DNA from: an uncultured Bacteroides sp.
Lineage (GTDB): Bacteria; Bacillota; Clostridia; Christensenellales; CAG-917
Assembly: GCA_964644355.1 (NCBI GenBank)
Contig: CAZXUW010000003.1
Coordinates: 50,066-114,065, forward strand
Direction: 5' to 3'
Length of the DNA stretch: 64,000 bases
The position numbers were made by a program, and so were the translations under genes. Under the pieces are notes generated by a model that searched no databases, was not told where the DNA came from, and was given only the letters and a program-made list of their open reading frames with translations. This document shows positions 19,558-28,001 of this stretch, piece by piece (within the stretch, counting starts at the first letter, position 1; each line of letters begins with the position of its first letter).

Positions 19558-19575
19558 AATTTCGATTATTTCAAA

Positions 19576-19935
19576 TTAGTCCTCGCAGTGATGATTGCAA
19601 CAATCACAACCGTCTTCACCACATCCGCAACCGCCTTCCATCTTTTCCACTTCTGCCATGAATTCTTCAAAAACTCTTTGGAGCAAGTTCTCATCCTCGA
19701 TTGGGATAAACACATCGTTGCCGTCCTCGTTCGTGCCGATTTCGTAAATAAGCACTTCGTCCTCGTCGATGTCGTCAAGCTTCTCAACCGGCTTCATAAC
19801 GATAAACCATCTATTGTCAACGTCAAGTGTTGCAAGGTGATAAAAATCCTCGTCCTTATCTGTTTGTTCATTGTAAAGAGTGATGATGTCGTCATCTTCA
19901 GTCATAGTGTTCTGATCATCAAAAAAATCTGCCAT
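19576..19935 (-). CDS. DUF1292 (YrzB-like) acidic protein with a Cys/His-rich C-terminal tail
   Basis: 119 aa from ATG 19935 (AAGGAGAAT RBS). It is very acidic and lies downstream of ruvX, as in the B. subtilis yrrK-yrzB arrangement. The tail reads GGCGCGEDGCDCCNHHCED. Confidence 0.75.
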   Translation of the reverse strand: MADFFDDQNTMTEDDDIITLYNEQTDKDEDFYHLATLDVDNRWFIVMKPVEKLDDIDEDEVLIYEIGTNEDGNDVFIPIEDENLLQRVFEEFMAEVEKMEGGCGCGEDGCDCCNHHCED

Positions 19936-20031
19936 AGCATTCTCCTTGTGTGCATTGTCTGCACCTTTTATACATTGATAGTAACATATTTTGTGCAATT
20001 TGCAAGCAAAATATCAAGAGGTGTAAAAAAT

Positions 20032-20457
20032 TTATCGATGAGAGTCAAGATAAGATTGCAAAATAATCGTTGCCGCAACCTTGTCAATCACCTTTTTACG
20101 CTTATCTCTACGCACGTCGGCGTCAATGAGCATACGCTCTGCAGATACGGTGGTCAATCTCTCGTCCTGATAGTAGACCTCAAGTCCGCTTGCCTGTTTG
20201 AGCATATCGCCAAACTCACGAGTGACCAATGCCCTATCTCCCTCTGTGCCGTCCATATTCTTTGGCAAACCAAGCACAAAGCAGTCCGCATCCTCTCTCT
20301 TTGCATACTCGCAAAAATACGCAATATCCGCCTCGACGTCACCCTTCTTGCGCACGTAAGTTTCTCTGGGATTTGCCGTAATACCCAAAAGGTCGCTTAT
20401 GGCAACGCCTATACGCACGTCACCAACGTCAAGAGCAATCTTGTGTTTCACAATCAT
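20032..20457 (-). CDS. ruvX: Holliday-junction-resolvase-like pre-16S rRNA nuclease YqgF/RuvX
   Basis: 141-aa ORF with the N-terminal motif ALDVGDVRIGVAISD. Confidence 0.92.
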   Translation of the reverse strand: MIVKHKIALDVGDVRIGVAISDLLGITANPRETYVRKKGDVEADIAYFCEYAKREDADCFVLGLPKNMDGTEGDRALVTREFGDMLKQASGLEVYYQDERLTTVSAERMLIDADVRRDKRKKVIDKVAATIILQSYLDSHR

Positions 20458-20711
20458 TTCATCAACCTCGCACCGCCAAAAGACTTTGGCTTTATTTTGA
20501 TATTAGGCTTGTTTTTGCCGATGTGCTCATACCACTTCTCACCGTATGCGTTAAGCAAACTCAAGCCAACAATAGCACCGACAACGCTTAAAATCGTTGC
20601 TAATAAAAAGTATATCACTTTTGCAAGCACTTCGCCAAGCGTATTTATAAAAAGTGACAGAATAATTCCTATAACAAATATCACAAAAGATGGCACAACC
20701 GCACTGAACAC
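20454..20711 (-). CDS. small two-TM membrane protein (hypothetical)
   Basis: 85-aa hydrophobic ORF. It starts at GTG with no clear RBS, but its stop overlaps the ruvX start (ATGA), which suggests translational coupling. Confidence 0.45.
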   Translation of the reverse strand: MFSAVVPSFVIFVIGIILSLFINTLGEVLAKVIYFLLATILSVVGAIVGLSLLNAYGEKWYEHIGKNKPNIKIKPKSFGGARLMK

Positions 20712-20810
20712 GGATATATGCGATAAGTATTAGCCTTTGACGGAGCATTCAAATCTTGCGACCTCTCCCAATACTGGTTGCCCTTTTTCATATCCATACC
20801 GTCAATTTGA

Positions 20811-21377
20811 TTATTTTCCCGATATTTCAAGACCAAAACGCATTTTTAGTCCCTCAAAGACGTCAGTGAGCATCTCACTCACACTCTCCTCGTCCCACTC
20901 TATATATTCGCTTGCAATCATAGATGCAAAACCGTGCACAAACACCCACATCTCAGTTTGAAATTGCATAGCGGTTTGCTTGTCGCAATCAAAAGTTGAA
21001 GTGAGCAAATTGATTGTTCCCACCTGCGTCTTGCTGTTTGCATTCAAAATGCTTGTTCCACCTTTTTGCAAAAACAAACGCTTAAAAAATTCGGGATAAT
21101 CCCTTGCAAAGCTGATATATGACATTCCAATAAGCTTGTAGGTCGAATATTTGCCTTGCTTTGAGTGGTCACTCACGTAATTTGCAAAACACTCACCGAT
21201 CATTTTATCGACTTCGTTTTTCAATAAATCCATTGTCGCAAAATTGTAAAATACCGGCTGTATTGAGCAACCAAGCTTATTTGCAACTTGGCGTACACTT
21301 ATTTCCTCGCCCTTCAAAGCCATATCGTATGCACATTTCAAAATCATATCTTTGCTTATCTTTGCTTGTTTTGGCAT
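20811..21377 (-). CDS. TetR/AcrR-family transcriptional regulator
   Basis: 188-aa ORF with an N-terminal HTH (ISVRQVANKLGCSIQPVFYNF). Confidence 0.85.
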   Translation of the reverse strand: MPKQAKISKDMILKCAYDMALKGEEISVRQVANKLGCSIQPVFYNFATMDLLKNEVDKMIGECFANYVSDHSKQGKYSTYKLIGMSYISFARDYPEFFKRLFLQKGGTSILNANSKTQVGTINLLTSTFDCDKQTAMQFQTEMWVFVHGFASMIASEYIEWDEESVSEMLTDVFEGLKMRFGLEISGK

Positions 21378-21396
21378 TTTTCACCTCGGCTTTTGT

Positions 21397-21438
21397 ATAT
21401 CATATGATATTATATATCGCGATATATTCCCTTGTCAA
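21397..21438 (-). promoter_or_regulatory. TetR-gene promoter with two perfect palindromes (candidate operators)
   Basis: On the minus strand, TTGACA (21438-21433) lies 17-18 nt from TATAAT. The 16-bp palindrome ATATATCGCGATATAT (21412-21427) fills the spacer. The 14-bp palindrome ATATCATATGATAT (21397-21410) lies just downstream of the -10. Confidence 0.55.
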
Positions 21439-21460
21439 CCACTAAACAGTAGGTTTTTGG

Positions 21461-21491
21461 TAAAAAAATACAACCTGACGTTGCCAAGTTG
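21461..21491 (-). terminator. intrinsic terminator after rarA
   Basis: On the minus strand: CAACTTG-GCAACGT-CAGGTTG (one G:U pair) followed by TATTTTTTT. Confidence 0.6.
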
Positions 21492-21588
21492 CATTTTATG
21501 TTTTATTCATTGATTTTGCACAATTATTCGATCATACGCATGAGTGCCGTGTCACAAGATAGATATGGTTTTTACTCGACAAAATCCG

Positions 21589-22896
21589 TCAATCTTCCTT
21601 TTTAGGTTTGCGTTTTGATTGTCTTTCCCTTATCGTCTTTTCAAAGCCGATATCGGTCGGTTCATAGAATACGGCATCCTTGATTTCATCGGGCAAATAT
21701 TGTTGCTCAACCCATCCGCCATAATCGTGCGGATATTTGTAACCGCTCACCTTTTCGTCATTGGCTTTATAGTTGGGATCCCTCAAATAAATTGGCACAG
21801 TCTCGTGTTTTATTGACTTAACAGCATCCAAAGCACCGTACATTGCAACTTCAACCTCGTTGGATTTTGGAGCTTCGGCAACATAAATAATTCCCTCCGA
21901 TAGCGGAAGTCTGCCCTCTGGCAATCCAATCTTTTCATACGCTTGCACGCATGCGGTTGCAACAACTATGGCATTCGGATCAGCCATACCGACGTCCTCG
22001 CAAGCGTGGATCATAATTCTACGCCCTATCAGCATAGGATCGCAACCTGCCTCGATCAGCCTTTGCGACCAATATAGTGCAGCATTGCTGTCACTGCCAC
22101 GCATGCTCTTTATAAAGGCGGAAATCATGTCATAATACATATCTTCCGTCATGGAAAGAGCCTTTTGCTGAATAGATTGCTCCGCTTCTTCTTTGCCCAC
22201 ATGAATGATGCCGTCACTGTCTGCGTGAGTTGTTAGACAAGCAAGCTCCAATGCGTTTAGTGCCGTACGCATATCACCTGCACTTGCCCACGCAAGATGA
22301 GATATTGCCTCCTCACTGACGTCAAGATTCATATTGCCAAGCCCTCTCTCCTTGTCCTTTATGGCACGAGAAAGACCGACTTTTATATCCGCATCAGTAA
22401 GCCTTGAAAAGCTGAAAATTCTGCATCTTGACACGATAGCACGTGTCATTGAAACAAATGGATTCTCCGTTGTTGAGCCGATAAAAATGATATATCCTTG
22501 CTCGATTGCTTGCAAAACGCTGTCGCTTTGAGCCTTATTCCAACGGTGACATTCGTCAAGAAGCAAATATGTACGCTTGCCGTACATGCGTAGCAAATCT
22601 TTTGCCTCGTCAATAACCTTTTTGGCATCCGCAACACCGCTTGTGACTGCGTTCAGCTTGACAAAATTTGCGTTGGTATTCTCTGCAATTATGTTGGCAA
22701 GCGTCGTTTTGCCAGTCCCCGGAGGGCCGTAGAAAATGCAACTGCCAAGCTTATCGGCAGAAATCGCACGACGAAGCAGTGAGCCTTTCCCCACTATTTT
22801 CCCCTGCCCCAAAAACTCATCAAGCGTGCGAGGACGCATACGCTCGGCAAGAGGAGCCATTGTTTTTTCATTGTTTTGAAGGTCAAATAAATCCAT
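21589..22896 (-). CDS. rarA: replication-associated recombination protein A (AAA+ ATPase)
   Basis: Walker A GPPGTGKTTLA, with an MgsA-type C-terminus. The start is taken at MDLFDLQNN (22896) rather than the track start at 22947. Confidence 0.93.
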   Translation of the reverse strand: MDLFDLQNNEKTMAPLAERMRPRTLDEFLGQGKIVGKGSLLRRAISADKLGSCIFYGPPGTGKTTLANIIAENTNANFVKLNAVTSGVADAKKVIDEAKDLLRMYGKRTYLLLDECHRWNKAQSDSVLQAIEQGYIIFIGSTTENPFVSMTRAIVSRCRIFSFSRLTDADIKVGLSRAIKDKERGLGNMNLDVSEEAISHLAWASAGDMRTALNALELACLTTHADSDGIIHVGKEEAEQSIQQKALSMTEDMYYDMISAFIKSMRGSDSNAALYWSQRLIEAGCDPMLIGRRIMIHACEDVGMADPNAIVVATACVQAYEKIGLPEGRLPLSEGIIYVAEAPKSNEVEVAMYGALDAVKSIKHETVPIYLRDPNYKANDEKVSGYKYPHDYGGWVEQQYLPDEIKDAVFYEPTDIGFEKTIRERQSKRKPKKED

Positions 22897-22961
22897 ATGA
22901 ATATTGTAACAACAATCTTTCAATTTGTAAAGATAAACCGACATCAATCATACAATATATC

Positions 22962-23633
22962 GTGCACAATAATGGCAAAATATCAAAAAGTCTTAAACCA
23001 AAAACGTTTAGAGTGGTCGTGACAATCCTACTGCTCGTTTCTGCCTTTGTTTTTTGTGCGGTATATTTTAGGCAAAACATCGTGCCTACCGTCATAGATA
23101 GCTCAGTTGCACAGATAAGAGCAACCACCACAAACGCCGTCAATGTAGCCGCAACAAGCGTACTATCAAGCGGACTTACATATGACCAACTCTTTGAGGT
23201 ATGCAAGGATAAAGACGGAAAAATCACAATGATAAAGGCAAATTCACCCACAATAAACCAGATTGCAAGGCAAATTGCCAATCTTGCTCAAGCCAACTTG
23301 GATAGTCTCGGCACTCAAGAGATACAAATATCCGCAGGCACATTCACAGGGCTTATACTTCTCACAGGGTTCGGTCCTGACGTAACAATAAAAATAACGC
23401 CGATAGGCACTGCAAATTGCGATTTTGTCTCTTTTTTTCAATCTGCAGGCATAAATCAAACCCTGCACAAGATATATATTGACGTCTATGCCGACGTCAT
23501 CATCGTAACGCCTATTGACGAACCGACAATTCAAGTTAAAGCTGAAGTTTTGGTATGTGAAAATCTAATTGTAGGCGAAATTCCCAACACCTATCTAGGC
23601 TTAAACGACTTTGGCGGACTTTTGGAACTGTGA
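22962..23633 (+). CDS. yunB: sporulation protein YunB
   Basis: The C-terminal 200 aa match the YunB pattern (one N-terminal TM, ..ISAGTFTGLILLTGFGPDVTIKITPIG..GINQTLHKIYIDV..). The track ORF begins at 22668, inside rarA. The first plausible in-frame start is GTG 22962, so the start is uncertain. Confidence 0.7.
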   Translation: MHNNGKISKSLKPKTFRVVVTILLLVSAFVFCAVYFRQNIVPTVIDSSVAQIRATTTNAVNVAATSVLSSGLTYDQLFEVCKDKDGKITMIKANSPTINQIARQIANLAQANLDSLGTQEIQISAGTFTGLILLTGFGPDVTIKITPIGTANCDFVSFFQSAGINQTLHKIYIDVYADVIIVTPIDEPTIQVKAEVLVCENLIVGEIPNTYLGLNDFGGLLEL

Positions 23634-23651
23634 TGTAAGCAGTCAAAAATG

Positions 23652-24023
23652 TCAAATCTTCTTTGATCTAGATCTAGATATAAGTCCAAAGACAAAACCA
23701 CAGACGATAACTGTCGTAAGACCTGCAGACACCGCACTCAACCCACCCGTGACAGCACCGAACAATCCGTCTTTTTGCACGCCTTCAAGTGCACCTTTTG
23801 CAAGATTTGAGCCAAAGCCTATTATCGGTATAGTTATGCCGGAGCCTGCAAATTGCTTGATAGCATCAAACACACCACACACTTCCAAGATAACCCCGAT
23901 AAGCATGTACGTGACAAGTATTCTTGCAGAGGACATTTTTGTCTTGTTGATGAGGATTTGTCCAAGCATACATACAAAACCACCAACGGCAAACACTTTG
24001 AGATAGGTCAAAAAAATTTCCAT
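23652..24023 (-). CDS. spoVAE: stage V sporulation protein AE
   Basis: Hydrophobic protein of about 123 aa, last gene of spoVAC-AD-AE. The start is ATG 24023, preceded by a GGAG RBS. Confidence 0.85.
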   Translation of the reverse strand: MEIFLTYLKVFAVGGFVCMLGQILINKTKMSSARILVTYMLIGVILEVCGVFDAIKQFAGSGITIPIIGFGSNLAKGALEGVQKDGLFGAVTGGLSAVSAGLTTVIVCGFVFGLISRSRSKKI

Positions 24024-24089
24024 TTCCACTCCAATATTTTCTATTATTTCCAGCAATGTTTTACAAAGTTTATTGATTTTTAGAATACT

Positions 24090-25292
24090 TCACTCACAAC
24101 CATCGCATTTTACCGCCTCTAGAGTGAATGCGTGGGCAATGCCTGGTATCGTCTCTTTTTGAAGTGGCGTATCCTTGTTGAGCAGTGCCCCTGTTGGAAC
24201 AATCAAAACTCGCTTAAGCTCTCCCCTTTGCATCTTTTTGAGGATATAACTGTTGAAAACAGTGTTGACGCAACCTGCACCTGATCCGCCTTGATAGGTT
24301 TTCTGTTCGGGCACAAAATAACTTGCACCACAATCCATATAATATTTTGGCATAATTATCCCTTCTTTTGAGAGGAGATATTCAAGTGTTTCCTTGCCAA
24401 AACGGCCAAGATCACCTGTGAAAATACCGTCATAATAGTTTGGCACTCTGCCCGACTCTTTGAAATGCGTAATAATAGTATCACAAGCGGACGGAGCCAT
24501 TGCACCACCCATATTCGCCTCGTCATCAATGCCCAAATCAATAACTCTGCCAAGAGTTCCGCCTGTCACCTTAACATAATGAGTGCAAGGTTTTTGATAG
24601 TCATTGTTTTCCCTGCCAAAATTCCCCTCAATGATGTTGGATTTGTCCTTATTTATGACTTTTTTCTGCTTTTCTATTGATTTTTTGTACTTATCTATTG
24701 TTTTGGCATCAATATTCATAGTTTTGTCTATAGCAATTATATCATCCTCGTACACCTGTTCGTTGCAAATGTTGGGTTTTTCAGAGCTTAAAACACTGCA
24801 ACCTGCACCCGTTATAGTCCATTGCGCGGTTGGTGTACGCTGATTGCCAAGCTCAAGCGGAAAACGATATTGCCTCTCTGCAGACGCAAAGTGACTTGAC
24901 GTTGAACAAGTTATATTCTTGGCAAATCCGCCCGCTATAAGCATTGAAGCAAGCAAAATCGACTCTCCAAAAGTTGCACAAGCGTTATATAAACCTAAAA
25001 AGGCAGTGGGAAAGTTGCGAGCACAAAGAGACGTTGCACTCAATTCATTCAGCAAATCTCCGCCCATCATTACGTCTATATCCTCTCTCTTTAAGCCGGC
25101 TTTTTTGATTGCTCCGCTTATTGCATCACGTTGCATTTTGCTCTCGCATTTTTCATAGGATTTTTCACACCAAATGTCGTCATTGAGCACAATATCAAAG
25201 TAGTCACCAAAGTTTCCGTCACCTTCTTTTGGACCTACAATTGTAAATCCGCTTTTGATATACACAGGTTTAGATAGCTGAAAAGTACGCAT
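24090..25292 (-). CDS. spoVAD: stage V sporulation protein AD (thiolase-fold DPA-binding protein), with an internal insertion
   Basis: 400 aa from ATG 25292 (GAGGTGA RBS), starting MRTFQLSKPVYI..GPKEG. A Lys-rich insertion of about 65 aa spans roughly residues 172-238. Confidence 0.9.
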   Translation of the reverse strand: MRTFQLSKPVYIKSGFTIVGPKEGDGNFGDYFDIVLNDDIWCEKSYEKCESKMQRDAISGAIKKAGLKREDIDVMMGGDLLNELSATSLCARNFPTAFLGLYNACATFGESILLASMLIAGGFAKNITCSTSSHFASAERQYRFPLELGNQRTPTAQWTITGAGCSVLSSEKPNICNEQVYEDDIIAIDKTMNIDAKTIDKYKKSIEKQKKVINKDKSNIIEGNFGRENNDYQKPCTHYVKVTGGTLGRVIDLGIDDEANMGGAMAPSACDTIITHFKESGRVPNYYDGIFTGDLGRFGKETLEYLLSKEGIIMPKYYMDCGASYFVPEQKTYQGGSGAGCVNTVFNSYILKKMQRGELKRVLIVPTGALLNKDTPLQKETIPGIAHAFTLEAVKCDGCE

Positions 25293-25299
25293 TTTCACC

Positions 25300-25743
25300 T
25301 CACAAATACACAAGATAGCCGATAAAGCCGACAACAAAACTTGCAACCACACCAAATACGATAATTGGACCTGCAATCACAAACATTTTGGCACATACGC
25401 CAAAGAATACACCCTCACGATTATATTCCATAGCAGGAGAAACAACGGAGTTTGCAAATCCGGTTATTGGCACAATCGATCCACCGCCTGCAAAATGTCC
25501 AAGCTTGTCATATAGCCCTATTGCCGTGAAAAAACTGCCCAAAAAAATCATGATGCAACTCTCCCAAATCGCAACACGTTTATCGTCCATTTGCGTGAAA
25601 ATCAATTTGAGTATATCTCCAATTCCCTCGCCGATACAACAAATTATACCGCCCACAATAAACGCACTCACAAGCGTGCGTAGCATTGGTGATTTTGGCG
25701 AATGTACCTTGATATACTTCTGATATTCCTCTCTTTCTATCAT
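25300..25743 (-). CDS. spoVAC: stage V sporulation protein AC
   Basis: 147-aa membrane ORF, first gene of the spoVA cluster after sigF, as in Clostridia. Confidence 0.9.
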   Translation of the reverse strand: MIEREEYQKYIKVHSPKSPMLRTLVSAFIVGGIICCIGEGIGDILKLIFTQMDDKRVAIWESCIMIFLGSFFTAIGLYDKLGHFAGGGSIVPITGFANSVVSPAMEYNREGVFFGVCAKMFVIAGPIIVFGVVASFVVGFIGYLVYL

Positions 25744-25768
25744 ATTGCCTCTTTTTCAAAATTCTCTA

Positions 25769-25906
25769 CTATTCAGTGGATTTTTGAGATAAATATTGTG
25801 TGTTTTCAACGCCTTTGGCTACATTTTGCACAGCACCGTCGGGATTATCCGTTTTCTTAAACAAAACTTCTTTATCCTCAACATTTGTTGCAAACAGCCT
25901 ATCCAT
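25769..25906 (-). CDS. small hydrophilic hypothetical protein (45 aa)
   Basis: MDRLFATNVEDKEVLFKKTDNPDGAVQNVAKGVENTQYLSQKSTE. The longer 64-aa track ORF overlaps the sigF terminator. The RBS is weak and I recognise no family. Confidence 0.25.
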   Translation of the reverse strand: MDRLFATNVEDKEVLFKKTDNPDGAVQNVAKGVENTQYLSQKSTE

Positions 25907-25950
25907 ACTTCTATCATTGCCAAAACCGCAACTTTTAAACAGCCATAAAG

Positions 25951-25981
25951 AAAAACGCCTCACATTAAAGGAAGCGTTTTG
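25951..25981 (-). terminator. hairpin after sigF
   Basis: On the minus strand: AAAACGC..GCGTTTT stem followed by TCTTTATGG. The terminator is imperfect. Confidence 0.45.
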
Positions 25982-26027
25982 TATTTTTTAGACGTTTCTG
26001 TTTTGAAAGCAAAAGATAAGCGCTGTT

Positions 26028-26747
26028 TTAATCCACATCATCCATCTTTTCTTTGAACATTTTGAGCACTTTGCCCTCTATACGGCTCACTTGCACTTGA
26101 GATACACCAAGCTCAACGGCAATTTCGCTTTGAGTTTTATCTCTAAAATATCTAAGCACAATCACCTTCTTTTCTCTCAAAGGTAGCTTTTCGATAAGCT
26201 CTTTGAGCATCAATTTGTCAAGGTCGTTTTCCAATGTTTGCTCATCGGCAATTCTATCGGCAAGCGTTGTATCATCCTCTTGAGAGGTTGAGTAAAGCGA
26301 CACAACATAATGCTGTGCATCAAGTGCAAAGACTATCTCTTGCGTTTCCACCTCAAAATGTGAAGCAAGCTCCTCGATTGTAGGCTCCTTGTTGCCATCT
26401 CTGACGGTTTGCTCGATATATGCAGATATTCGATTTGAAAGCGTTTTTAGCTGTCTAGACACCTTTATAGAGCCATCGTCACGCAAAAATCTCTTTATTT
26501 CTCCGCTTATCATCGGCACCGCATAGGTGGAAAATCGCACACCGAAATCGGTGTTGAAATTCTGTATGGCTTTGATAAATCCCATCGCACCAAGTTGCAT
26601 AAGATCATCATATTCAAGCCTGCCTTTGAAGCGTTTTACAATGGATTTTATGAGCGGAATGTTTTCTGTTATGAGTTTTTCTTTGGCATCGTCATCGCCT
26701 TGTCTTGCAAGCTTTATAAGCTCAAGCGTGGCTTCGTGCTCTAGCAT
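26028..26747 (-). CDS. sigF: sporulation sigma factor F
   Basis: 239-aa sigma-70-family ORF immediately after spoIIAA-spoIIAB. Confidence 0.93.
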   Translation of the reverse strand: MLEHEATLELIKLARQGDDDAKEKLITENIPLIKSIVKRFKGRLEYDDLMQLGAMGFIKAIQNFNTDFGVRFSTYAVPMISGEIKRFLRDDGSIKVSRQLKTLSNRISAYIEQTVRDGNKEPTIEELASHFEVETQEIVFALDAQHYVVSLYSTSQEDDTTLADRIADEQTLENDLDKLMLKELIEKLPLREKKVIVLRYFRDKTQSEIAVELGVSQVQVSRIEGKVLKMFKEKMDDVD

Positions 26748-27172
26748 CCCTTTATCACCTTTTTCATATATACGGTTGTGCCCTTGCCAACTTGAGATTC
26801 AACTCTCATCTCGTCCATGAACGTTTGAATAATGGTGAATCCCATACCGCTACGCTCATCCTGCGGTGACGTGGTATAGAACGGTTGCAATGCCTCGTCT
26901 AGATTGTCAATGCCTCTGCCAAAATCTCGAACGCACACGCACAGCGCATTATCATCTTCAATATGGCATTCAATTTCAACCTCACCTTGTGAGACTTGCG
27001 TATATGCATGCACAACAGCATTGGTCACAGCCTCGCTCACTGCAGTTTTTATGTCGTTGATTTCTTCAATCGTAGGCGAACACTCTATTGCAAAGGATGC
27101 AACCACGTTGCGAGCAAACGCCTCATTTTTGCCTACTGCAGGCAACTTCATAATAAAACTATTCATATTCAC
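26741..27172 (-). CDS. spoIIAB: anti-sigma F factor (Ser kinase)
   Basis: 143-aa ORF with the HATPase motifs NAVVHAY, DFGRGI and RSGMGF. Confidence 0.93.
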   Translation of the reverse strand: MNMNSFIMKLPAVGKNEAFARNVVASFAIECSPTIEEINDIKTAVSEAVTNAVVHAYTQVSQGEVEIECHIEDDNALCVCVRDFGRGIDNLDEALQPFYTTSPQDERSGMGFTIIQTFMDEMRVESQVGKGTTVYMKKVIKGC

Positions 27173-27175
27173 TCC

Positions 27176-27487
27176 TTATTCAACAATTGGCACATAACGA
27201 TATATTCCGCTTGTGCAAAACACCTTGTCCACGTGTTTGGGAACGCTTGCAAGCAATAGCTCTGCATGGCGAGCTCTCAATTTTTTGTATCTTCCAAGCA
27301 AAAAACCAAGACCTGTGCTGTCAACAAACGTCACACCTTGCATGTCAAAAGTCATTGACCGCATATTCTGCTCATTGTCGATGACATCGTCTATGACGGC
27401 TTTGATTTTTTGCACACCATACTCGTCCATATCGCCCGCAAAATAAACACGCACGTCACCTTGTGTACGCTTAAATTTAATTTCCAT
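27176..27487 (-). CDS. spoIIAA: anti-sigma F factor antagonist (STAS)
   Basis: 103-aa ORF with the phospho-Ser motif FVDSTGLG. Confidence 0.9.
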   Translation of the reverse strand: MEIKFKRTQGDVRVYFAGDMDEYGVQKIKAVIDDVIDNEQNMRSMTFDMQGVTFVDSTGLGFLLGRYKKLRARHAELLLASVPKHVDKVFCTSGIYRYVPIVE

Positions 27488-27616
27488 ATTGCCTCCAACA
27501 ATAGGATAACTTCTCTACAATCAAGGATTTTGGCAAATTTTGAAGCAAAATCGGAAATATAAAATGACCTTGTCAAAAAAATCTCAAAAAATTAATAAAA
27601 TCATTTGAAAAAATCA

Positions 27617-27645
27617 TTGACATAAATTTTGTTTTATTGTATAGT
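27617..27645 (+). promoter_or_regulatory. sigma-A-type promoter of the tRNA operon
   Basis: TTGACA (27617-27622), a 17-nt spacer, then TATAGT (27640-27645). It lies 35 nt upstream of tRNA-Pro. Confidence 0.65.
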
Positions 27646-27679
27646 AATGAAGTCGCAAAGAACGACGCAAAAATCTTTC

Positions 27680-27756
27680 GGGGTGTAGCGCAGTTTGGCT
27701 AGCGCGTCTGATTTGGGTTCAGAAGGTCGGGAGTTCGAATCTCTTCACCCCGACCA
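27680..27756 (+). tRNA. tRNA-Pro (anticodon TGG)
   Basis: Cloverleaf folded by hand. Acceptor CGGGGTG/CACCCCG, anticodon loop TTTGGGT, T-loop TTCGAAT, encoded CCA. Confidence 0.9.
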
Positions 27757-27780
27757 CAAAAAATCTTCACCGAGTGATTC

Positions 27781-27857
27781 GGGCCTTTAGCTCAGTTGGT
27801 TAGAGCAGTCGGCTCATAACCGATCGGTCCGCGGTTCGAGTCCGTGAAGGCCCACCA
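27781..27857 (+). tRNA. tRNA with CAT anticodon (elongator Met or lysidine-modified Ile2)
   Basis: Acceptor GGGCCTT/AAGGCCC, anticodon loop CTCATAA, encoded CCA. The body resembles Ile2-type tRNAs, but Met versus Ile2 cannot be decided by eye. Confidence 0.85.
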
Positions 27858-27873
27858 AAACAACTTAATATGT

Positions 27874-27950
27874 GGTCCGGTAGTACAGTTGGTTAGTACG
27901 CCAGCCTGTCACGCTGGAGGTCGAGGGTTCGAGCCCCTTCCGGATCGCCA
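27874..27950 (+). tRNA. tRNA-Asp (anticodon GTC)
   Basis: Acceptor GGTCCGG/CCGGATC (one G:U pair), anticodon loop CTGTCAC, discriminator G, encoded CCA. Confidence 0.9.
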
Positions 27951-27956
27951 TCATAA

Positions 27957-27986
27957 GTATGGCGGTGACGCAAGTCACTGCCATAC
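27957..27986 (+). other. 13-bp GNRA-capped hairpin in the Asp-Phe tRNA spacer
   Basis: GTATGGCGGTGAC-GCAA-GTCACTGCCATAC, with one G:U pair. No U-tract follows. Confidence 0.5.
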
Positions 27987-28001
27987 ATTTATGAAAAGTA
28001 T

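Noticed and set aside
18688-20733. A 681-aa ORF on the plus strand, the longest non-annotated ORF in the window
   Set aside because: It is the codon-aligned antisense frame of rpsB, the DUF1292 gene and ruvX, which all happen to share one phase. This genome rarely uses TTA, CTA or TCA, so that frame is stop-poor everywhere; many other antisense ORFs of 100-280 aa appear in the track. The translation is rich in Cys, Phe, Ile and His, has no recognisable motif and no RBS, and runs through promoters and terminators. The stop-free intergenic parts (about 120 codons) are mildly surprising, but I judge them to be chance.
22668-22961. N-terminal 98 codons of the 321-aa plus-strand ORF that contains yunB
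   Set aside because: This part lies entirely antisense to rarA and has no YunB-like sequence. The YunB homology starts only after about 22990.
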